From assembly GCA_050733855.1 (NCBI GenBank), contig JBOHTX010000001.1:1-30528 (forward strand): a stretch of 30,528 nt of DNA, written 5' to 3'. Shown piece by piece: positions 6,726-15,921 of the stretch. Under the pieces are notes generated by a model. That model did not search any database, was not told the DNA's origin, and was given only the letters and a program-made list of their open reading frames with translations. The position numbers and the translations under genes are program-made. Every line of letters starts with the position of its first letter. Position 1 is the stretch's first letter. This stretch comes from Vulcanimicrobiaceae bacterium (GTDB lineage: Bacteria > Vulcanimicrobiota > Vulcanimicrobiia > Vulcanimicrobiales > Vulcanimicrobiaceae).

Positions 6726-8039
6726 TCAGCGCGAGCACGTGCGGAAACCCGTGACGATGTCGCAGCGATGCGGTCGATAGTAGTTGCGCCAGCGCGTGGA
6801 GATCAGGCGCGCGCGCGTCGTCCAGGCGCCGCCCCGCAGCACCCGGTGCGTGCCGAACCACGGCGCCGAATACTCCGCATACGGGTCGGGCGCAAAGCCG
6901 GGATAGGGTTCAAACGGCGTCGCGGTCCACTCCCAGACGTTCCCGAGCATCCCACGTACTCCGAACGGGCTTTCGCCTTTGCCGAACGCGCCGACCTCGA
7001 CGACGTCGCCGAAGCGCGCGTCGAGGTTCGCGGGCCACGTCCCAAGTTCGTCGCCCCACGGATAGCGCCGGCGCTCCCCGCCGGTCGCGGCGACTTCCCA
7101 TTCGGCTTCGCTCGGCAGACGCCGCCCGGCCCACGCGCAGTACGCTTCGGCTTCGAAGGCGTTGACCCCGGCGATGGGCTCGTTGTCCGCCAGCGGCACG
7201 AAGCGCGCGAAGTGGCGCCGCTCCCAGCCGTTGCTCTGCGTTCGCTGCCACTGCAGCGGATGCTCGGCCTGCGCTGCTTCGCGCCAGGCCCAGCCTTCGT
7301 CGGACCAAAAGCGCCGCCCCAGGTAGCCGCGGTCTTCGACGAATCCGCGGAACTCGGCGCAGGTGACCGGCGCGCGCGCGATCGCAAACGGCGCAAGCTC
7401 GACCTCGTGCGCCCACTTCTCGTTGTCGAAGACGAAGTGCCGCTCGTCCTGCGGCGTGCCGATCGTGTAGCTGCCGCCGGGGATTGCAACGTCGCCGGGG
7501 AGCGCGCCGCCGCCGGGCTTGGGCGCGTACGTCAGCGCCGGCCGTTCGTAGGCAAGTGTCTGGCGCGTGTAGAGCAGCGCCTCGCCGTGCATATCTTCGT
7601 GGAAGAGCGCCAAACGGTGGAAGTAGGTCCCGCCGTCCGACCGCGCGGGCTCGACGTCGAGCAGCGCCAGGGTTCCGGCGAGTTGGCGCTCCATGAAGGC
7701 CGCGGTCTGCTGCCGGCTCGGCAGCGGCAGATGCCAGCGCTCGTCGTGCGCGATCTTCGCCGAATCGTAGAGCTGGTCGGCATCGGCCAGCAGCGGTGCG
7801 CGCCCCGTCAGGTGGCGCAACGTCCAGAACTCGGCGAAGTACGCGACGTGGCCCAGTTCCCAAAGCAGGGGATTGATGCATTCGAGCAGCGGCGGCATCA
7901 GCCGCGCGTCGGAGAGATCGGCAACGTAGGCCTGGGTTCGCGCGCGGGCATCGCGCAGGTCGGCGGCAAGCGCGCCCGGAGCAGCGGGTTCGCCGCGGAG
8001 CGCGGCTCCGGCTTGGACGGTGGTCGTTTCGGTCGACAT
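6726..8039 (-). CDS. senA: Selenoneine synthase SenA (EgtB-like DinB + FGE-sulfatase non-heme iron enzyme)
   Basis: NPLLWELGHVAYF, YDSAKIAHDERW, RLALFHEDMHGEA (iron-binding His motif), RRLPSEAEWE, GNVWEW, RVLRGG, GFRT. It is co-oriented 19 nt upstream of selD and next to senB. Start is ATG 8039 (alternative GTG 8051). Confidence 0.88.
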   Translation of the reverse strand: MSTETTTVQAGAALRGEPAAPGALAADLRDARARTQAYVADLSDARLMPPLLECINPLLWELGHVAYFAEFWTLRHLTGRAPLLADADQLYDSAKIAHDERWHLPLPSRQQTAAFMERQLAGTLALLDVEPARSDGGTYFHRLALFHEDMHGEALLYTRQTLAYERPALTYAPKPGGGALPGDVAIPGGSYTIGTPQDERHFVFDNEKWAHEVELAPFAIARAPVTCAEFRGFVEDRGYLGRRFWSDEGWAWREAAQAEHPLQWQRTQSNGWERRHFARFVPLADNEPIAGVNAFEAEAYCAWAGRRLPSEAEWEVAATGGERRRYPWGDELGTWPANLDARFGDVVEVGAFGKGESPFGVRGMLGNVWEWTATPFEPYPGFAPDPYAEYSAPWFGTHRVLRGGAWTTRARLISTRWRNYYRPHRCDIVTGFRTCSR

Positions 8040-8059
8040 CGTATACCCCACAGCTGCGC

Positions 8060-8084
8060 TTCGGCGCGGCGCCGCACCCCCCTG
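8060..8084 (-). promoter_or_regulatory. CAGG-N17-CGAA motif upstream of senA-selD (sigmaH-like promoter candidate)
   Basis: On the + strand, ttcg at 8060-8063 and cctg at 8081-8084 are 17 nt apart. The same motif and spacing occur before cmk and hfq. Confidence 0.45.
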
Positions 8085-8095
8085 GACGCCGGGGC

Positions 8096-9082
8096 GTGAC
8101 GATCGGTATCGTCTATCCTGCGGGGGCCCGCTCGAGCGGTAACGGCGTCAGCGCGCGCCGCTACGCGCGCTTCTTCCGCTCGGCCGGCAATCGGGTGCGC
8201 CTGCTCGAACGCTACGGCGGCGAGGACCTCGATGCGCTCGTCGCCTTGCACGCGAAGCGCAGCGGCCGCTCGGCGCTCGCGTTCGCGGCCGCACACCCCG
8301 ACCGTCCGCTGATCGTCGTCTTGACCGGGACCGATCTCTATCGCGACCTTCCGAAAAGCAAACTCGCGCTGCGCGCGCTGCACGTGGCGACGCGTCTGAT
8401 CACCTTGCAACCCGCCGGGATCGCCGCACTGCCGCGGGCGCTGCGCCGCAAAGCGGTCGCGATCGTGCAATCGGCGACGGTTGCGCCGGCGCCAGCCGGC
8501 ACGGCTCGCGAGCCGTTCACCGTGTGCGTCATCGGACATCTGCGAGCCGTCAAGGATCCGCTGCGCGCAGGCTACGCGCTCCGCTTCGTGCCGCGCGCGC
8601 TGCCGCTGCGGGTCTTGCAGATCGGCGGCGCACTGGATCCCGCCTACGCCGCGCGCGCGCTCGCGCTCGAGCGGCGCGAGCCGCGCTATCGCTGGCTCGG
8701 CGAGCTTTCACCTGCTCGCGCTCACGGTTGGCTGCGACGTTGCGACCTGCTGGTGCTTCCCTCGAAGATGGAAGGCGGCGCGAACGTGCTCTGCGAGGCG
8801 ATCGCCGCGGGCATCCCGGTCGTCGCTTCGCGCATTGGGGGGAACGTCGGCATCCTCGGCCGCTCGTATCCGGGTTACTTCCCCGTCGGCGACACTGCGG
8901 CGTGCGCCGCGCTGATGGTGAGGGCGGCGACCGACCCGACCTATCGGAGGACGCTGCGCGCGGCGATCGTGCGCTTGCGTCCGCTGGTCTCTCCGGCCCG
9001 CGAACGCACCTCCTGGCTGCGGATGATCGGAAGCGGCAAGGCTCGATCGACGGCCCACCGCGGTCGCCCGGTCCGAGCGTGA
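8096..9082 (+). CDS. senB: Selenosugar synthase SenB (GT-B, GT4-like glycosyltransferase)
   Basis: SGNGVSARRY, ALHAKRS, VVLTGTDLYRDL, GHLRAVKDP and SKMEGGANV are signature segments of the selD-associated glycosyltransferase. It is adjacent to senA and selD. Confidence 0.88.
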   Translation: MTIGIVYPAGARSSGNGVSARRYARFFRSAGNRVRLLERYGGEDLDALVALHAKRSGRSALAFAAAHPDRPLIVVLTGTDLYRDLPKSKLALRALHVATRLITLQPAGIAALPRALRRKAVAIVQSATVAPAPAGTAREPFTVCVIGHLRAVKDPLRAGYALRFVPRALPLRVLQIGGALDPAYAARALALERREPRYRWLGELSPARAHGWLRRCDLLVLPSKMEGGANVLCEAIAAGIPVVASRIGGNVGILGRSYPGYFPVGDTAACAALMVRAATDPTYRRTLRAAIVRLRPLVSPARERTSWLRMIGSGKARSTAHRGRPVRA

Positions 9083-9306
9083 TGCCGCCGGGCGAGAATG
9101 GGGCGATGATCAATTGCGTCGATGGCGGCCCGGCTGAGTTCGATGCGGTGCCGCTCGCGCGGCCTCCGGCCATCGCCGGCCAATCCTCGGGTTTCGACGA
9201 TGCGCAAATAGCGACGTATGTCGTCGTGAACCGGCGCTCGGACCGCGGGCGGAAGGTGCCTTACGAGCGCCGGCCGGGCCGCTTCTAAGGCGGCGACGAT
9301 GGCCGG

Positions 9307-10701
9307 TTAGCTCTGCGCGATCGAGACCGTCTGTGCGTTCGTGAACTCGCGGATTCCGAGGATTCCCAGTTCGCGACCGTGGCCGCTGCGTTTGATGCCG
9401 CCGAAGGGGATTCTCGGGTCGGAGGCGGTCATCGCGTTCACGAAGACGGCGCCGCTCTCGATGCGCGCGGCGAACGCCTCCGCGCGTTCGAGATCGCGCG
9501 TCCAAAGGCTCGCGCCGAGGCCGTATTCGGTGGCGTTGGCGAGCGCAAGTGCGTGGTCGGCGTCGCGCGCCGGGACGATCGTGGCGAGCGGCCCGAAGGT
9601 CTCTTCGCAGAGCGCGGGGGCATCGGAAGGGACACTGACGAGGACGGTTGGGGCGAAGAAGAAGCCGGGCCGCGCAAGCGGTTCGCCGCCGAGCAGCAAG
9701 CGCGCGCCGCTCGCGCGCGATGCGGCCAACTGTCGCGCGAGATTGTCGCGCAGGTCGGCGCGGGCTAGCGGTCCGATCTGGGTCGCGCGGTCGAGCGGGT
9801 CTCCGACGCGCAGCGCGCGCGCAGCGGCGACGAAACGCTCGACGAACTCGTCGTAACGCGACCGTTCGACGATGAACCGTTTGGCCGCGATGCAGCTCTG
9901 TCCCGCGTTCTGGAAACGTGCGCGAATCGCGGTCGCAACGGCCGCAGCGAGATCGGCGTCGGCCAACACCACGAACGGGTCGGAACCGCCGAGTTCGAGC
10001 ACGCTCTTCTTGAGATGACCCCCGGCGAGCGCCGCCACCGCGCCGCCCGCGCGCGTGCTGCCGGTCAGCGTGACCCCGGCGACGCGATGGTCCGCGATGA
10101 TCCCCGCGACGCGTTCGGGCTCGATGAACAGCGCGCCGAGCACGCCCGACTCGGCACCGGCTTCGAGGAAGGTCCGTTCGATGGCGAGTGCAGTTCCGCA
10201 AACGTTCGGTGCGTGCTTGAGCACCAGGGTGTTGCCGGCCGCGAGCGCCGGAACGGCGGCGCGGAAGACCTGCCAGTACGGAAAGTTCCAGGGCATGATC
10301 GCTAGGATCGGTCCGAGCGGACGGAAGGCAACGTAGCTTCGCTGCGCATCGGTCGCGACGACCTCATCGGCGAGCCACGCGTTCGCAGCATCCGCCGTGA
10401 GCTCGCAGCACCACGCGCACTTCTCGACTTCGGCCTCGCTCTCGGCGATCGGCTTGCCCATCTCGTGGCTCGCGAGGGTCGCAAGGACCGTCTTCGCTTC
10501 GCGCAGGCGCGTTGCAAGGCGGCGCAAGAGCGCCGTCCGTTCGCTAAGACGCGCACGGCGCTGTCGTTCGAAGGCAGCCTGCGCGCGCGCCAGCGCAGCT
10601 TCGATCTGCGCGTCGTCGTGGAGCGCGTAGCGAGCCAGCACCTCTCCGCTCGCGGGATCGACGGTCGTGAACGTCGCTTGGCTCGTCGCGCTGCTCGCCA
10701 T
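9307..10701 (-). CDS. sad: NAD(P)-dependent succinate-semialdehyde dehydrogenase (Sad/GabD1-type ALDH)
   Basis: [60 protein letters not shown]. Confidence 0.88.
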   Translation of the reverse strand: MASSATSQATFTTVDPASGEVLARYALHDDAQIEAALARAQAAFERQRRARLSERTALLRRLATRLREAKTVLATLASHEMGKPIAESEAEVEKCAWCCELTADAANAWLADEVVATDAQRSYVAFRPLGPILAIMPWNFPYWQVFRAAVPALAAGNTLVLKHAPNVCGTALAIERTFLEAGAESGVLGALFIEPERVAGIIADHRVAGVTLTGSTRAGGAVAALAGGHLKKSVLELGGSDPFVVLADADLAAAVATAIRARFQNAGQSCIAAKRFIVERSRYDEFVERFVAAARALRVGDPLDRATQIGPLARADLRDNLARQLAASRASGARLLLGGEPLARPGFFFAPTVLVSVPSDAPALCEETFGPLATIVPARDADHALALANATEYGLGASLWTRDLERAEAFAARIESGAVFVNAMTASDPRIPFGGIKRSGHGRELGILGIREFTNAQTVSIAQS

Positions 10702-10703
10702 GG

Positions 10704-11612
10704 TCAGGGCGGATTCGCCGCCGTCCGCGACGAGGACTCCGCCGGCTGCGCAAGCGGCGCGAGTGCCTCAGCCTCGCAGCCGAGCTTGCGCGCGACGACC
10801 GCGGCGAGCGCCGCGCGCGGAACGAGCCCGATCAACTCGCAGCCGGCGACGGCGACACCCGCATGCGCCGCTTCGCGCGCGACCAGATCGCGGACGAGAT
10901 CGAGTGGCGTCGCGCCGACGTCGAGCAGGTTGCACGAAACTTGCACGCGTCCCTGTGCGAGCGCGATGCCGAGCGCCCGGACGCCGGGCAGGCCGCCGTC
11001 GCGCTCACGAATGCGCCGCGCGATTCGCTTCGCGAGTGCGAGGTCGTCGCTCGCGAGCACCACGTTGAAGGCGACCAGCACGTTGCGTGCGCCGACCGCG
11101 CAGGCTCCGGCGCTCGGATGCGCGGCAACCGTGCCGACGTCGGGCGGCCCGAGCGGTCCGCCGCTTGCGAGCAGCCCCTCGAATCCACCGCGCCGCAGCG
11201 CCGGCAATTCGCGGCGCTCCGCGCTCGTTGCCGCCGCGCCGTAGAGAAACGATGGGATCCCGGTCGCTTCCCAGATCGCCTCGGCTGCCATGCGCGCCAC
11301 GGCGGCCGCATCGGCGAGCGTTGCATCGCCGAATGGAACGAACGGCAACACGTCGAGCGCGCCGATCCGTGGATGCGCCCCGCGCTGGATGCGCAGATCG
11401 ATGCGTTCGAGGCACACGCGGGCGAGCGCGGCCGAAGCCGCAACGACGATCTCGGCGTCGCCGAAGTAGGTGAAAACGCTGCGATGATGCACCGGGTCGC
11501 TCGAGCGATCCGCAAGCCGCACTCCGGCCCCCTCGATCGCCCGCGCGCAGGCGTCGATCACTGCCGAATCGCGCCCTTCGCTGACGTTGGGCACGCACTC
11601 GAAGAACTTCAT
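10704..11612 (-). CDS. ftcD: Glutamate formimidoyltransferase (no cyclodeaminase domain)
   Basis: MKFFECVPNVSEGRD, DPVHHRSV, GAHPRIGALDVLPFVP, GARNVLVAFNV, QVSCNL, ELIGLVP; ATG at 11612; 302 aa. Confidence 0.9.
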   Translation of the reverse strand: MKFFECVPNVSEGRDSAVIDACARAIEGAGVRLADRSSDPVHHRSVFTYFGDAEIVVAASAALARVCLERIDLRIQRGAHPRIGALDVLPFVPFGDATLADAAAVARMAAEAIWEATGIPSFLYGAAATSAERRELPALRRGGFEGLLASGGPLGPPDVGTVAAHPSAGACAVGARNVLVAFNVVLASDDLALAKRIARRIRERDGGLPGVRALGIALAQGRVQVSCNLLDVGATPLDLVRDLVAREAAHAGVAVAGCELIGLVPRAALAAVVARKLGCEAEALAPLAQPAESSSRTAANPP

Positions 11613-11638
11613 GGGCGCAATTGCCGGAGTCTTTCTCG

Positions 11639-12043
11639 TCAGATACTCTGCAACCAGTTCTCGAGTGGAAGTCCGGCGATTCGGCCAAATTCGCGCTCGT
11701 TGTCGGTCACGATCGTATAGCGGAGCGCAACTGCTTGTGCGGCGATCAGGAGGTCGTTGCCGCCGATGGTGTTCCCGCTTTGCTCGAGGCGTGTGCGGAT
11801 CAAGCCGTACGCAACGTCGGCCGGCGATTCGAATGGCAGCACGTCGAGGCTCCCCAGCACGGCTTCGAGCGCAGCGGAAAGTTGCGTCGATTGCTTCTTC
11901 GCGGCGCCGTAGCGCAATTCGGCGGCCACGATGATGCTGGTGCATACTCGCGATTCACCGACTGCGCGAAGGCGCTCCACGGCCCGTCCGCGGGGATGGC
12001 GGATCAGGTCGGAGACGATGTTGGTATCGAGCAGGAAGCGCAT
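11639..12043 (-). CDS. vapC: VapC PIN-domain toxin (intact)
   Basis: MRFLLDTNIVS, AELRYG, IGGNDLLIAAQA, VTDNEREF. ATG 12043 overlaps the vapB stop (TGATG). Confidence 0.93.
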   Translation of the reverse strand: MRFLLDTNIVSDLIRHPRGRAVERLRAVGESRVCTSIIVAAELRYGAAKKQSTQLSAALEAVLGSLDVLPFESPADVAYGLIRTRLEQSGNTIGGNDLLIAAQAVALRYTIVTDNEREFGRIAGLPLENWLQSI

Positions 12044-12273
12044 CAGAGATCGACGCCGTCGAGGGGCAAGTCGCGGATCGTCGGAAATTCTTCCTCGAAC
12101 GGCGCGAGCGTGGCGAGAACCGCCAGCAAAGAGTGCGGCGTCGCCGGCTCGATGATCAGCCGCTCGCCTTCTTTGCGGATGACGGCGTCTTCCCCGGGAA
12201 GCTCGAACTCGCGCGGAATGCGGACCGCTTGGTTGCGGCCGTTTTTGAAAAGTCTGACCCGCCGTTCGTTCAC
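12043..12273 (-). CDS. vapB: VapB/VagC AbrB-type antitoxin
   Basis: VRLFKNGRNQAVRIPREFELPGEDAVIRKEGERLIIEP; SD GGAGG before the GTG. Confidence 0.92.
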   Translation of the reverse strand: MNERRVRLFKNGRNQAVRIPREFELPGEDAVIRKEGERLIIEPATPHSLLAVLATLAPFEEEFPTIRDLPLDGVDL

Positions 12274-12288
12274 GCTCGCCTCCAGTCA

Positions 12289-12329
12289 GCCTATGCCGCA
12301 GCATATGTCAGGAGGTAGAGCGTCGTCAA
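12289..12329 (-). promoter_or_regulatory. vapBC sigma70-type promoter with overlapping operator repeats
   Basis: Minus strand TTGACG-N18-TATGCT. Imperfect repeats GACATATGC and GGCATAGGC (12289-12309) overlap the -10, as expected for TA autorepression. Confidence 0.55.
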
Positions 12330-12348
12330 GCAGGACCGCGTCCGTCGT

Positions 12349-13719
12349 TCACCCCAGCGCCGCCGAGAGCGCGGCCCCGATCTCCGCAACGGCCACATAT
12401 CCCGGTTCGCGTTCGCCGCCGCTCGGGCCGTAGAGCGTGCCGAATCCAAGGCGGCGCGCCTCGGCGATCCGGCGCGTGCGCGCGGAGACGGGGCGAACTT
12501 CACCGGAGAGGCCGAGTTCGCCGAAGGCGACCGTTCCCGGTGCGAGCGAGCGGCCGCGAAAGGCGGAGGCGACCGCGAGCGCGACCCCGAGGTCGGCGGC
12601 CGGTTCGCCGATCCGCAAACCGCCCGCGACCGAGGCGTAGACGTCGCAGGCTCCCAGCGCGAGGCCGCCGTGCCGTTCGAGGACCGCGAGGATCATCGTC
12701 AGGCGCGCGCGGTCGAGGTTGGCGACCATCCGCTGCGGCGTCCCGTAGCTGGCGTCGCTGGTGAGCGCCTGCACTTCAACGAGCACCGGGCGCGAGCCGA
12801 CGATGCAGGCCGTCACGCACGAGCCGCTCGGACGCGCGTCCGGGCCCGCGTGCCCGAGAAAGAGTGCCGAGGGGTTGGGGACTTCGTGCAGCCCGCGCTC
12901 GTCCATCCGCAACACGCAGATCTCGTCGACGCTCCCGAAGCGGTTCTTGTGCGCGCGCACGAGCCGATGTTCGGTCGCGCCCTCGCCCTCGAAGTACAAG
13001 ACCGTGTCGACGAGATGCTCGAGCAAACGCGGCCCCGCGATCGCGCCGTCTTTGGTGACGTGGCCGACGATGAAGACCGCGGCGCCGCTGCGCTTCGCGT
13101 AGGCGAGCAGCGCGCCCGCGCACTCGCGCACTTGCGCGACGCTGCCGGCGGCTGCTTCGAGTTCGCCGAGCGCGACCGTTTGGATCGAATCGATCACGAC
13201 CACGCGCGGCCGGATCCGTTCGAGCGCATCGAGCACCGCGTGCAGGTCCGTTTCAGGAAAGAGCAGCAAATCGTCGCCCGCGCCGACGCGTAGCGCGCGC
13301 AACTTCGTCTGCGCCGCCGATTCCTCACCGCACACGTAGACCGCGGGCGCATCCGCGCGCGCGAGCCGCGCCGCGAGCTGCAGCATCAGCGTCGACTTCC
13401 CGCTCCCGGGCGGACCACCGAGCAACACCAGGCTCCCGGGCACGATCCCGCCGCCGAGCAGTCCGTCGAACTCGCGCATCCCGCTCGCAATCCGCGCGAC
13501 CGCCCCCAGCTCGATCTCCCCGAGCCTGACCGGCGCAAGCGGAGCCGTTCGGCTGCGGGCGGTCGCTCTGGCCGCGCGACCGCTCGCCCGCGAGGTCGCG
13601 GCCGGCGAGGGCGCCTCGGCGAAGCTGTTCCAGGCGTCGCAGGCTGGACAGCGCCCGAGCCAGCGCGGCGACTCGTTCCCGCAACTCGAGCAGAAGAACG
13701 TCGTGCGCACCTTGGCCAT
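12349..13719 (-). CDS. radA: DNA repair protein RadA/Sms
   Basis: CSSCG...WLGRCPACDAW Zn finger, GPPGSGKST Walker A, VIDSIQT, KNRFG, LonC-like C-terminus (GELGLSGEVR). Confidence 0.96.
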   Translation of the reverse strand: MAKVRTTFFCSSCGNESPRWLGRCPACDAWNSFAEAPSPAATSRASGRAARATARSRTAPLAPVRLGEIELGAVARIASGMREFDGLLGGGIVPGSLVLLGGPPGSGKSTLMLQLAARLARADAPAVYVCGEESAAQTKLRALRVGAGDDLLLFPETDLHAVLDALERIRPRVVVIDSIQTVALGELEAAAGSVAQVRECAGALLAYAKRSGAAVFIVGHVTKDGAIAGPRLLEHLVDTVLYFEGEGATEHRLVRAHKNRFGSVDEICVLRMDERGLHEVPNPSALFLGHAGPDARPSGSCVTACIVGSRPVLVEVQALTSDASYGTPQRMVANLDRARLTMILAVLERHGGLALGACDVYASVAGGLRIGEPAADLGVALAVASAFRGRSLAPGTVAFGELGLSGEVRPVSARTRRIAEARRLGFGTLYGPSGGEREPGYVAVAEIGAALSAALG

Positions 13720-13770
13720 CGGCGCGGGCTTCGGCGCGCGCTACGGCCGAGCCCGGGAGACCACCCTTCC

Positions 13771-13795
13771 CAGGGTGCAAACGGTCCGGGGCGAA
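13771..13795 (+). promoter_or_regulatory. CAGG-N17-CGAA motif upstream of the cmk operon
   Basis: cagg at 13771-13774 and cgaa at 13792-13795, 14 nt before the cmk ATG. Confidence 0.45.
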
Positions 13796-13809
13796 CGGCG
13801 AAGCCTCGC

Positions 13810-14493
13810 ATGTCCCACGCAGCGCAGGTCGCGATCGACGGACCCGCCGGTAGCGGAAAGACGACGGTCGCCCGCGCCCTGGCGCGAGAACTCGGCTACC
13901 TCTATCTCGACACGGGCGCCATGTACCGCGCGGTCGCGCTGCTCGCGCGCACCTGCGGGATCGATCCGCACGACGAGGCGGGGCTCGTCGGGGCGCTCGC
14001 GCAACGGCCGGTCCGCGCCGCCACGGACCGCGCCGCGCCGCGCGGCTTCCGGATTTGGCTCGGCGAGCAGGAACTGGGCGACGAACTCTACGGCGACGAC
14101 TTGAGCCCGCTGGCCGCCGCGGTCGCGGCTCTGCCGGGAATCCGCGAACTCCTGGTCGCGCAACAGCGCGCCATCGCAAGCGAGGGGCCGGTCGTGATGG
14201 CCGGTCGCGACATCGGGACGGTCGTCCTGCCGGCGGCGCCGGTCAAAGTCTTCCTGACCGCTTCGCTCGAGGCACGGGCCGAGCGGCGAGCCGCCGAACT
14301 GGCCCGCGCCGGCCAGCCGCTCGCGCCGGAACGGGTCCTCGCCGAGCTGCGCCGCCGCGACTACGAGGACGAAAACCGAACCGTGGGGCCGCTACGCCAG
14401 GCGCCGGGCGCCCTCGTGATCGACGCAAGCGACCTTTCGGCCGCCGACGTCGTGGCCCGCATCGTCGAACGCGTACACGCCGTAGCTGCGTGA
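13810..14493 (+). CDS. cmk: Cytidylate kinase
   Basis: AIDGPAGSGKTT, YLDTGAMYRA, VMAGRDIGTVVLP, KVFLTAS. Confidence 0.96.
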   Translation: MSHAAQVAIDGPAGSGKTTVARALARELGYLYLDTGAMYRAVALLARTCGIDPHDEAGLVGALAQRPVRAATDRAAPRGFRIWLGEQELGDELYGDDLSPLAAAVAALPGIRELLVAQQRAIASEGPVVMAGRDIGTVVLPAAPVKVFLTASLEARAERRAAELARAGQPLAPERVLAELRRRDYEDENRTVGPLRQAPGALVIDASDLSAADVVARIVERVHAVAA

Positions 14494-15089
14494 ACCGGCG
14501 ATTCTACGCATTCTCTCGTAGCGTCGTCGTGGGATTCTTCCGGCTCGGCTGGCGGCTGCGCGTCTACGGCGCCGAGCGCGTTCCGAAGTCGGAGGCGATG
14601 ATCGTGGTCGCCAACCACGTCTCGTACTTCGATCCGCCGCTGCTTGGGGCCGCGATGCCGCGGCCGGTCGCCTACCTCGCCAAGCGCGAACTATTCTCGA
14701 TCCCGGTCCTCGGACCGACGATCCGCACGCTCGGTGCATTTCCCATCGACCGCTCGCGCGGCGACCTCGGCGCGTTTCGGCGTGCGCTCGGCGCCCTCGA
14801 GGCGGGGCTCGCGCTCGGGATTTTCCCGGAAGGAACTCGGAACCGCGAAGGGCGCGTCCGCCCGCAACTCGGTTCCGCGATGCTCGCTTTTCGGACGGGT
14901 GTCCCGGTCGTACCCGCCTACCTCGCCGGGACGCGGGACCTGCGCCGCTCGCGCCAGGTCGCGGTCGCCTTCGGCGAGCCGTTCGCTTTTGGGAACAAGC
15001 AAAAAGCGACTCGCGAAGAGTTGTCGAAGGCAACCGATGAGATCATGAGGCGCATCTACGCGCTCGGGGAGACGCTCGGTGATCATTAA
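14490..15089 (+). CDS. plsC: 1-acyl-sn-glycerol-3-phosphate acyltransferase
   Basis: NHVSYFD (NHxxxxD), FPIDR, FPEGTR. The GTG start overlaps the cmk stop (GTGA). Confidence 0.92.
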   Translation: MNRRFYAFSRSVVVGFFRLGWRLRVYGAERVPKSEAMIVVANHVSYFDPPLLGAAMPRPVAYLAKRELFSIPVLGPTIRTLGAFPIDRSRGDLGAFRRALGALEAGLALGIFPEGTRNREGRVRPQLGSAMLAFRTGVPVVPAYLAGTRDLRRSRQVAVAFGEPFAFGNKQKATREELSKATDEIMRRIYALGETLGDH

Positions 15090-15921
15090 GAAAGCAAAGA
15101 CGCAAGGATTCTGTTTCGGTGTGGCGATCACGCTGAAAAAGGCCGAGGAGACGGTGGCCGCCCGCGAGATGGTCACGACCCTCGGCCACATCGTCCACAA
15201 TCCGCAAATGGTCGAATCGCTCGCGCAGAAGGGCCTGCAAAACGCGCATTCGATCGACGAGGTCGAGGCCGGAACGCTGTTCGTGCGCGCGCACGGCTTG
15301 CCGGTCGAAGTCTTCGAAAAGGCGCAAGGCAAGGGGCTCGAGATCGTCGACGCGACCTGCCCGATGGTGACCAAGATCCACGTGCAAGCCGAGCGCTTGC
15401 GCTCCGACGGCTACAAGATTTTGGTCGTCGGCGATCCGAATCACCCCGAAGTGAAGGGCACGCTCTCGCACGTTCCGGGCGCCTGGTGCATCCAAACGCC
15501 CGAAGACGTCGACGAGCTCCCGCGCGCCAGCCGCGTCGGGGTCGTCGTGCAGTCGACCTGGTCCGGGACGGCCTTCACCGAGATCGTCAAACGGCTGGTC
15601 GCGAAGTACCACGAGGTCCGCGCCGTCAACACGATCTGCACCGATACCCACAACCGCCAAGCCGAAGCCGAAGAACTCGCGCAGTCCGTCGAGATGATGA
15701 TCGTGGTCGGCGGAAAATCGTCCGCGAACACACGCCACCTAGCGGAACTCGCCGCCATGCACGGCGCCCGTTCGTATCACGTCGAGGGACCGGACGAGCT
15801 GCAGCCATCGTGGTTCGAGGGGATCGACGTGGCCGGCTTGATGTCGGGAGCCTCGACCCCGGGTTGGCTCGTCGACCGCGTCGAAGCGCGAATGGAGGAA
15901 CTCGGCCGTCGAGCTGGCTAG
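15079..15921 (+). CDS. ispH: 4-hydroxy-3-methylbut-2-enyl diphosphate reductase
   Basis: GFCFGV, IVHN, RAHG, DATCP, HPEV, NTICTDT, VVGGKSSANT, GASTP; three Fe-S cysteines. Confidence 0.96.
   Translation: MIIKKAKTQGFCFGVAITLKKAEETVAAREMVTTLGHIVHNPQMVESLAQKGLQNAHSIDEVEAGTLFVRAHGLPVEVFEKAQGKGLEIVDATCPMVTKIHVQAERLRSDGYKILVVGDPNHPEVKGTLSHVPGAWCIQTPEDVDELPRASRVGVVVQSTWSGTAFTEIVKRLVAKYHEVRAVNTICTDTHNRQAEAEELAQSVEMMIVVGGKSSANTRHLAELAAMHGARSYHVEGPDELQPSWFEGIDVAGLMSGASTPGWLVDRVEARMEELGRRAG

Noticed and set aside
6726..8039. Ordinary ergothioneine EgtB
   Set aside because: Flanked by selD and the SenB-type glycosyltransferase with no egtC/egtD, and it carries SenA-like NPxLWExGH, YDS..AH..RW and HEDMHxEA segments.
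9083..9306. Possible gene remnant between senB and sad (minus strand ...APFSPGGITLGPG)
   Set aside because: Only a faint resemblance to beta-propeller repeat motifs; no start, SD or sustained similarity.
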